Of a stretch of DNA of 64,000 nucleotides, positions 56,282 to 64,000 are shown in pieces. How positions within the stretch are numbered: position 1 is the first letter of the stretch; each line of letters begins with the position of its first letter. The stretch is from NCBI RefSeq assembly GCF_009914755.1, contig NC_060933.1; one strand, 5' to 3'. Position numbers and translations under genes: made by a program. The notes under the pieces were generated by a model. It ran no database searches. It was not told where the DNA came from and saw nothing but the letters and a program-made list of their open reading frames with translations. Origin of the DNA: the human T2T-CHM13v2.0 reference genome, Homo sapiens.

Positions 56282-57585
56282 TTATTTTCCATCTAGTCTA
56301 GGCTAGGCTACGTACAAGGAGTTATAAAGACGTGAACATCCACAATTGATGCCCTTAAGCTATAACAGTATATTGGGAACATAAGATACGTGTATCAATA
56401 CTATTGATAAAGTTAAAAGAATAATTTCTTCATCTGGTGGTATGTAGAGCTGTATACTTGGAAGGGTTTCCAAATTATAATGAGATGAAGGCATGAATAC
56501 ATTAAAATGAATATTTTAATGTATTTATGTGCTTGCTAAAGAAAGAGAAACCTTCAAAGACAAAAAATTAAAAATAAAGAATAAAAGAACAAGAAAATAA
56601 GAGAGAGCTGATATAAGATTAGGAAGAATGGAACAGTATCTTGTACAGGACACAAAACCAGGTTTTCTCTGGGAATGAATGCCAGTAGCAGCATTAGAGT
56701 CTGGAGACTAATCATTGGATCCTCTGAACAGTAGGAGAATTACACTTAAGACTCCCACATTAAATCAGATTCCTGAAAGATGGAAAACAAGGTTCAAAAT
56801 TTGATGTGTCCTCTGGCTCCCAGCAGACACAAAAGTAAATCTTCTGTGGAGGAAAGTGTCCCCAGTTTAGGTCCTCAGGGTTTTCATAGATAATTTTCTA
56901 CCAAATATGAGCTCACAGTTCCAATCACTAAAAAAACACACAAGAACAGAAGCTAGTATCGGCAAAAACAAACGAAAATGTTAAATATTATAATGATCCA
57001 ATATAGCATGTAAAATAACTCTGTAGAACATGTCTAAAAATAAAGTAAGAAACTGGGATTTTGAAAGTAACAAGCTATAAACAATGACCATCTATCTCCC
57101 TTTCCCTCCCCCAAAAAATACAGAGAAAAAAAATAAACAGGCACTTTAAAAAAACTAACATAAAAATTAGAACTCCAAGAAATGAAGAACAATTTCATTA
57201 AAATTAAAACCTTGGTGGATAAACAGCAGATTAGGCATAACTCAAGACAGAGTTCATCTAAGATAGCTCTGATGCTAGAACACAACACAAAGAACCCAGG
57301 AAATAGAACATATCAGAAACAGGTTCAGGGACATAGAGGATGGAATGATACACACTGTTTTCTAACTGAAGAACACCATGGCCACCACCACAATATAAAG
57401 AGCATCTTTAAGGCAGCCAATAAAGAAAAGCCCTGTGTCTACAAAGGAAGAGAAAATGGACTAAGAGTAGACTTCTCAACAATAAAAATCAAAATCAACA
57501 TGAACGAAATGACATGAATGAAATAATTTCAAGGTAGTGAGAAAAAAGCCAACATGAATCTAGAATTGTGTACCCACAAATTATC

Positions 57586-57890
57586 TTTTTTTTTTTTTTT
57601 TTTTTTTTGAGACAGAGTCTCGGTCTGTCACCTAGGCTAGGGTGCAGTGGCGTGATCTCAGCTCACTGCAACCACCACCTTTCTGGGTTCAAGCAATTCT
57701 CCTGCCTCAGTCTCCCAAGTAGCTGGTACTACAGGGGTGTGGCACCATGCCTGGCTAATTTTTTGTATTTTTAGTAGAGACAGAGTTTCACCGTGTTAGC
57801 CAGGATGGTCTCGATCTCCTGACGTCATGAGCCGTTCACCTTAGCCCCGCAAAGTGCTGGGATTACAGGTGTGAGCCACAGTGCCTGGCC
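57586..57890 (-). mobile_element. AluSc-like
   Basis: TSD cacaaattatctttt on both sides. Confidence 0.93.
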
Positions 57891-58643
57891 CACAAATTAT
57901 CTTTTAAGAAAGAGAATAAAATGACTAGTCAGATAAATGCAAACAAATTATTAATACCAGCAGGTGTCACTAGAGCAGTGTTTAAAGGATTAACTCCAGG
58001 AAGAATAAAAATGATTTCCAAAGGAAGGTCTGAAATACAAAAAGAAAACAAGCATTATCTATGTAAAACAATAATTTTAGTAATGATTAATTTATGGGTT
58101 ACAACAAAGTACCCAAACATACAACAATAAAATCACATAATCCAGGGATTGAGGGCCAACTCTGTCATAATTTTTGAATTTTTGAATTTCAATTCAGAAT
58201 GCCAGTTATGATACTAATTGACTTTTGACAAGTACGCATAGTAAAGTTTTAAGGTTAACCATTCAGAGACTGGAAATAAAGCAACTAACTTCCAGACTAG
58301 AGAGATTTAAAAAAAATGTAGAATAAGAAAAATATCAATTAATCAAGATAAAAGAATAGAGAAACAGACGATTAGAAAAGCAGTGGAAAAAGCATAACAT
58401 AAATTGACAGGAATATGTGCAAATATACCAGAAATCACAATAGATATGAATAAACTAAAGTCACCAGCTTCAAGGTAAATATTGTCAAATTGGATTTTTT
58501 TAAAGCTATATGTTCTATACAAATGGCACACCTAAAACATAGGAATAAAGGAATGTTGAAAATAAAAGGATTGGGGAAAAAAGATATACTAGAAAAAATA
58601 CTAACCCAAACAAACTGAAAGCAATTTTATTAATATCTGATAA

Positions 58644-58940
<297 letters not shown>

Positions 58941-59229
58941 TGATAAAAGCAATCTTAAAATAATAAACACCCTTAGAGGGAAAAGGTTATTGCATAATGA
59001 TACCTTACCAGGAAGATATTCCAGTGTAAACTTTTACACATCTAACAAAATAGCACCAGATAATATTTGACAGAAACACAGGAAAATGTGACAAAAACAA
59101 AAATTGCTATCACTTTGAAGAATTTTTAGGTTTCTCACTGTACATATAAATTAAACTGACAAAAGTAAACATATAGAAGATTTTATCAACAAGATTATGA
59201 AGATTTACTTAATGAACATATAATAATGG

Positions 59230-59470
59230 ATAATGTTTCCAAAGTGCCAGGTACTGAAGTGCTTTGCATGTATTAACTAATTTATTCCCATCGACAACAG
59301 TATGGGATAGAGCCTACTATAATCCCCAATTTACAGATGCTTAAACTGAAGCACAGAAAATTTACTAATCTTCCAGGTTTCATAGCTTCTAGTGACACAG
59401 CTAGTAGGCAGTCGGGATTTGAAAACAGGCATTCTGGTTCTAAAGTCAGCACTTTGAACTGCTGTACCAT
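59230..59470 (-). mobile_element. MIR SINE
   Basis: ccccaatttacagatg...aaactgaagcacaga...gggatttgaaaacaggca. Confidence 0.8.
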
Positions 59471-60460
59471 TTTGCCTGACAACCATGCATACAACAATTA
59501 CGGCATATACCCTTTTTCAATTATATGTACATCATATACATACTAGTTTATAAAGCAGTACTCAACACATTGCAAGGAATAGGCCTCGCACAGCACGTGT
59601 TCTTTGACTATGATGAACAATTAAGTTAGTAATAAATAATAAAAGTTTAACTAAAGTGTCACATGCATTGGGGAATTTTAAACATTCTTAAATTATAGGA
59701 CAAGTAAATAATGAAACTTCTTTTAAAATTAAAACTATAATGATAATAAAAACACTAATCTATCAACATTTAGAATATGAGGAAAACCGTTTTCAAGGGT
59801 TAAGTTAGCCGCCTATAATCATATTAAGAAATAAAAATGGCTGTAAATTATTAATGCAAGCATCTAACTTAACTGGTTAGAAAATAACAAGACTAAAGCA
59901 AATATAATTAATGAGTTCAAAAGAGTGATATAAACAAAAAGTAATGAAATTTAAACAAAATTAAAAACAAAAGTCAACAAAGCCAAGAAATGGTTTGTTG
60001 AAAATGCTAATGAAATTTGTAAACCTCTAGGAAGGTTTACTAACATGAAAAAAGAGACAGTAAGTAATATTAGACATGAAAACAGAGACATATCCACAGA
60101 TACAGCAGATGATAATACATGAGAATAGCATGACCAATTTTATATTAAAATTGATAACTAAAATGAACATATTTCTAGATAAATATAATTCACTTAAATT
60201 GACTCAATAAGAAACAGGAAGTTTGAATCACTCTGTACCATTCAGGAAAAATTAAATAAATAATTGAAAGTCTTCCAAAAAATACCTTCAGGACACTGAG
60301 GGAACCAAAGCTGAAAGAGAATACCAAAATCACTAATATAAAGATTTTTTTAAAGTGTATAAATTGGACTGTACATAAACCCTAAAACTTCTCCTGTGGA
60401 GCTCTATATTCTCCTTTATTCCTTATCTTCTCTCTGTTGGCGGTCTCCTAGGTTCTATAG

Positions 60461-60713
60461 TAGGAGTCAGCAAACTTTTTTAGTAACAAGAGGTGATAAC
60501 AGATATTTTAGGTTTTGTAAGCCACATAGTCTTTGCTGCAGCTACTCAGCTCTGCTGTTGTAGTGCAAAAGCAGCCATAGACAATACATAAATAAATGGA
60601 TTTATGTTCCAATAAAATTTGTTTCAATAACTTGTGTGTGCTAATAAAACTTTATTTATAAAAGCAGACAGTGGGCTGAATTTTGCCTTTGGGCTATAGT
60701 TTGCTGATTCCTG
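60461..60713 (+). mobile_element. MER58A hAT MITE
   Basis: ggagtcagcaaact...tactcagctctgctgttgtagtgcaaaagcagccatagacaata...tagtttgctgattcctg. Confidence 0.88.
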
Positions 60714-60719
60714 TTCTAG

Positions 60720-60910
60720 GGCAATAGTTCTTCATCTGCTGTAATTTGGAAAATCTGAGGATCTTTAAAAAACACTGACGATGTTTGGCTCCTACTCCCA
60801 GATTCTCTGATTTAATTAGTATGGCATAGGAGCTGGGCATCAGAGTTTTGTATTGTCTTGCTTTGTTTTTTTAAGTTACCAACTTTACCCTAACATGCAG
60901 CAAAATCTAA
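60720..60910. mobile_element. MER5-like fragment
   Basis: cccagattctctgatttaattag...ctgggcatcag. Confidence 0.55.
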
Positions 60911-60929
60911 TGTGATAGCAGAGACACGA

Positions 60930-63122
60930 GGTGGAATGAACCAGGGAATTTATTAACTGCTGAGAATAGAGTCCCTGTTGCCAAATTTCATTCAGCTATG
61001 GTGGCAGCAAGAAATATACTTTTATTGTGAAAAGTCTTTGGGACACTGAGGTGGTTTGATACAGAATTACTCCGACTAATACATTAATTGGTAAATGGCA
61101 GTATTGCCACAGAAAATAAATATGTGTCTTTGGCTTTGTGGTTGGTCAGCTAGAAAAATGATATCAGAGGCTGTGTAGATAACAGACCATATTATGTGGT
61201 ACAAGAGCATTTGGTAAAAGAGTTGCATGCCATAAGGTGTAAAGCAGACCATTCACTTGGAGAAATATAGCTTTAAGGTACACAGTTGGAAAAAAAAAAA
61301 ACAACAGAGTGGGTATAGCTTGCTTTTTTTTTTTTTTTTTTTTTTTAAGATGGCTTCTCACTCTGTTGCCATGCAGTGGTGTGATCTGTGATCTTGGCTC
61401 ACTGCAACCTCCGCTTCTCAGGTTCAAGTGATTCTTGTGCCTCAGCCTCCTGAGTAACTGGGATTACTGGCATGCACCACCATGCCTGGCTAATTTTTTG
61501 TATTTTTAGTAGAGACAGGGTCTCACCATATCAGCCAGCCTGGTCTTGAACTCTTGATTTCAGGTGATCCGCTCACCTCAGCCTCCCAAAGTGTTGGGAC
61601 TACAGGAATGGGCCACGGTGCCCAGCCTATCTTGCCTTCTTTTGGCTGACATTGACAAGGGATAAAGGAAAGAGATGAGCTCCATAAAGAATTTCCCAGT
61701 TTGGAACCTCAAATGCAAGATAATTAAAAAGATTCCAGAAATTTGTGGCATTAAATGTTTAGAAAAACCTACTGCTTCTAGGTCTCAAACAGTAAAGATG
61801 AGAAGGTAAATAAATAAATAAATAAATAATTTTAAAAAAGCTATTTACATAGCAAGAATTCAATAAGTAGTCTGAATAACAAAAGGAAAAGTAATTTGGC
61901 CCTTCAGTAAAGATAATTCTGAAAAGAGCTACAGTTATCTCTCAAGCTTACTATTCCAGATAACTTCAAGGTTGCTGTCAACACATAAAGATGGGACATG
62001 AGGAAGCCTATGAGGAGGATGCAAAAAAAAAAAAAAAATTTAAAAACTCTATCTGGGACAGAATGTTGGGTGTATTCACTAGTACATGAAACTGATTGGA
62101 ATCAAATAAATCATAAGCCCACAATATTTTTGAGGAAACAATATTGCCATGAAAGCATCATCCCAGTTCAAAACCCTGCAAGGGCTTGGCAAAGCTTAGA
62201 ACAACTTTTGGATTGGATATAGGCTGCAAAGTATAAGTAGCCCCCAAGGAAGGCATTCCCAAAGGTCCACTTCAATTGTGGCATAGGAGTGTAATGGATA
62301 GGAGAGAACGTCTGAGTTTGCAGCCAAGAGCCACTGAAAACAATGAGTGCCCAAAGAAGTATTGTTCAGAGAACAAAATCAGGGCTTATCCATGAACTTT
62401 CTCTCTTCTCCATAGAGGACCTTCACAATGTCTCCCCAGCGAGATTTCAAACTTGCATTAGTCCAGTAACTGCTGTGTGTCTCCTATTTACCTCTTTTCT
62501 GAATAGTTACCCAGAACCTGAGAACTCATGTTGTGAACTGATGGAGAAAACTATGCATCAGTGAAGTATCTTGGACCTTGAGCTAGATGAGGTGACTTAG
62601 TGGGACTTTGGCTTATTTCTCCTGGGAACAAGCTGAGTGTATTCTATGTATGGGAAGAATAGTAAAATGGATATTCAGTAACCAGAGCTGAGGACTGAAG
62701 TAGAAACAATGTGACGTGTTGCCTAAAACATGCTACATGGTTCCTTTTTCTTCTGGAGACAGCTAGACTATGTTTCTCAACTCTCATTGCAATGAACAGA
62801 CCAAAGAAATATGAGTGGAAGTTATAAATGCTACTTCCAAGTCTGGCTTCTAAAATCTCCTGTGTGATACTTCACATGCTCTTTTTCTCATCCTCTGCAG
62901 CTGAATGAAATGAATATAGAGGAGAACTGAAAGGCCATGGAGGATCTGAGCCACTACATGGAAAGAGCAAGGGTCCATGAATGACAGCTTGAAACAGGGT
63001 CCCTCTCTGCTGCCAACCTGCATGGATGGAGACATGAATAAGAAATAAGCACTACTGAGTCAAGACAGAGAGATCTGAAGGTTGATTGTTATAGCAGTTG
63101 GACTTCCCTATTATCTAATATA
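60930..63122 (+). mobile_element. Old MLT1 MaLR: end of 5' LTR, internal region, 3' LTR (~62695-63122)
   Basis: gactaataca followed by MaLR-internal start (attggta...tttggctttg); MLT1-type LTR ending ttgttatagcag...ctaatata. Confidence 0.7.
61325..61627 (-). mobile_element. AluS
   Basis: Alu reverse complement with T-tail. Confidence 0.9.
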
Positions 63123-63139
63123 CTGTGCTATCTTCCAAT

Positions 63140-63720
63140 GCTTAGCTAGTAAGGGGGGCTCTACGGATACCAGTTAAAGAACTCTGGAATGCATCCCTTG
63201 CAAGTCTGAGATATGAAAGGCCACAATTAGGTCATGTTAAGAAATCTAAAGCTGACTGTAGACTGAAGTCTGGCTTCAGTAAATATGAAAGAGAAAAGAA
63301 GAGCTGACTAACTGCTTTGAATTAGAGCCAGGAGAGACTGTTGCATTGCTACTGACCTGCAGTTAGAAAGTTCATCAGGGCAAGGAGCCAGTGATTGTTT
63401 CCCAGGGAACATGTGTGGGCCAATGATACAGAGCTCACTGGAGTCTTGGTTGGTTTTGTCCAGTAGGTCTGCCTGGAGGGAGAAGGAAAACTTACAAAAG
63501 GAGACTGGGGGTATACTTGTGTGTGAAGGCCCAGATAATGAGGACAGATCCCCAGAGACCTCCTAGAATAGCTAGAAAAGCCTGGGGTCAAAGAAGCTGC
63601 AGGGGAGGAGTGTCCAACATGAAACCTCTGAGGAGTTCAGGGAAACACCCCAAGAGAAAGGAAGTCAGCTTTAATCTTCGGCAGGGCCTAGAGAGTGAGA
63701 AGTCAATCAGGAATAATAAA
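63140..63720 (-). mobile_element. L2 fragment
   Basis: Purine-rich L2 antisense motifs. Confidence 0.45.
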
Positions 63721-63789
63721 TGACCCATCTCCTTGTCCCCTGTACCCTTTGAACCAGAGGGGAGCAAAACAGAAGCTAGCTAATGAAAG

Positions 63790-64000
63790 ATGTGTTATAG
63801 AATTCAGGGTAACTGAGGTTATGCTGCAGAAGCAAATAACAAAAAGATCTCGAGGACTTCTTGTTTAAGTTCTTTTTTTCTTCACATACATTTATTTTCT
63901 GTTCACACTACAGTATGTTATCAGTTAGCATGGGTCTCTGTTCAGCATAGTTCAGGCAGGCACACAGGCCAATAGAGGTTCTGTCTTGATACATATTTCC
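63790..64000 (-). mobile_element. Old MLT1 LTR fragment (runs off the window)
   Basis: ggttatgctgcag...aaataac start motif. Confidence 0.45.

Overview
This is AT-rich primate DNA, almost certainly human, from an intergenic or deep-intronic region, and it is dominated by transposable elements. It contains L1s of many ages (L1PA2-like through L1ME), about 15 Alus, MIR/L2/L3 relics, MaLR/ERVL/ERVK LTR elements (THE1, MLT1, MLT2A, LTR33-like, MER11), DNA-transposon fossils (MER44, Tigger3, MER5, MER20, MER58) and microsatellites. I find no intact protein-coding gene: the supplied ORFs are TE fragments or chance ORFs. Subfamily names come from remembered consensus sequences and are approximate. 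The main structure not explained by the TE catalogue is a set of local templated duplications: (i) a mosaic insertion in MER11 copied from an L1 about 1.5 kb upstream; (ii) a ~420 bp copy with a 267 bp internal deletion and strong CpG/GC asymmetry; (iii) a 190 bp gap-free ancient duplicate; (iv) an old duplicated L1ME fragment. Also notable are an unidentified poly(A)/TSD retrocopy, a twin-primed tail-less L1PA2, a tail-less AluY and head-to-head THE1 LTRs carrying DUX4-type motifs. I cannot support a new biological system from this sequence.
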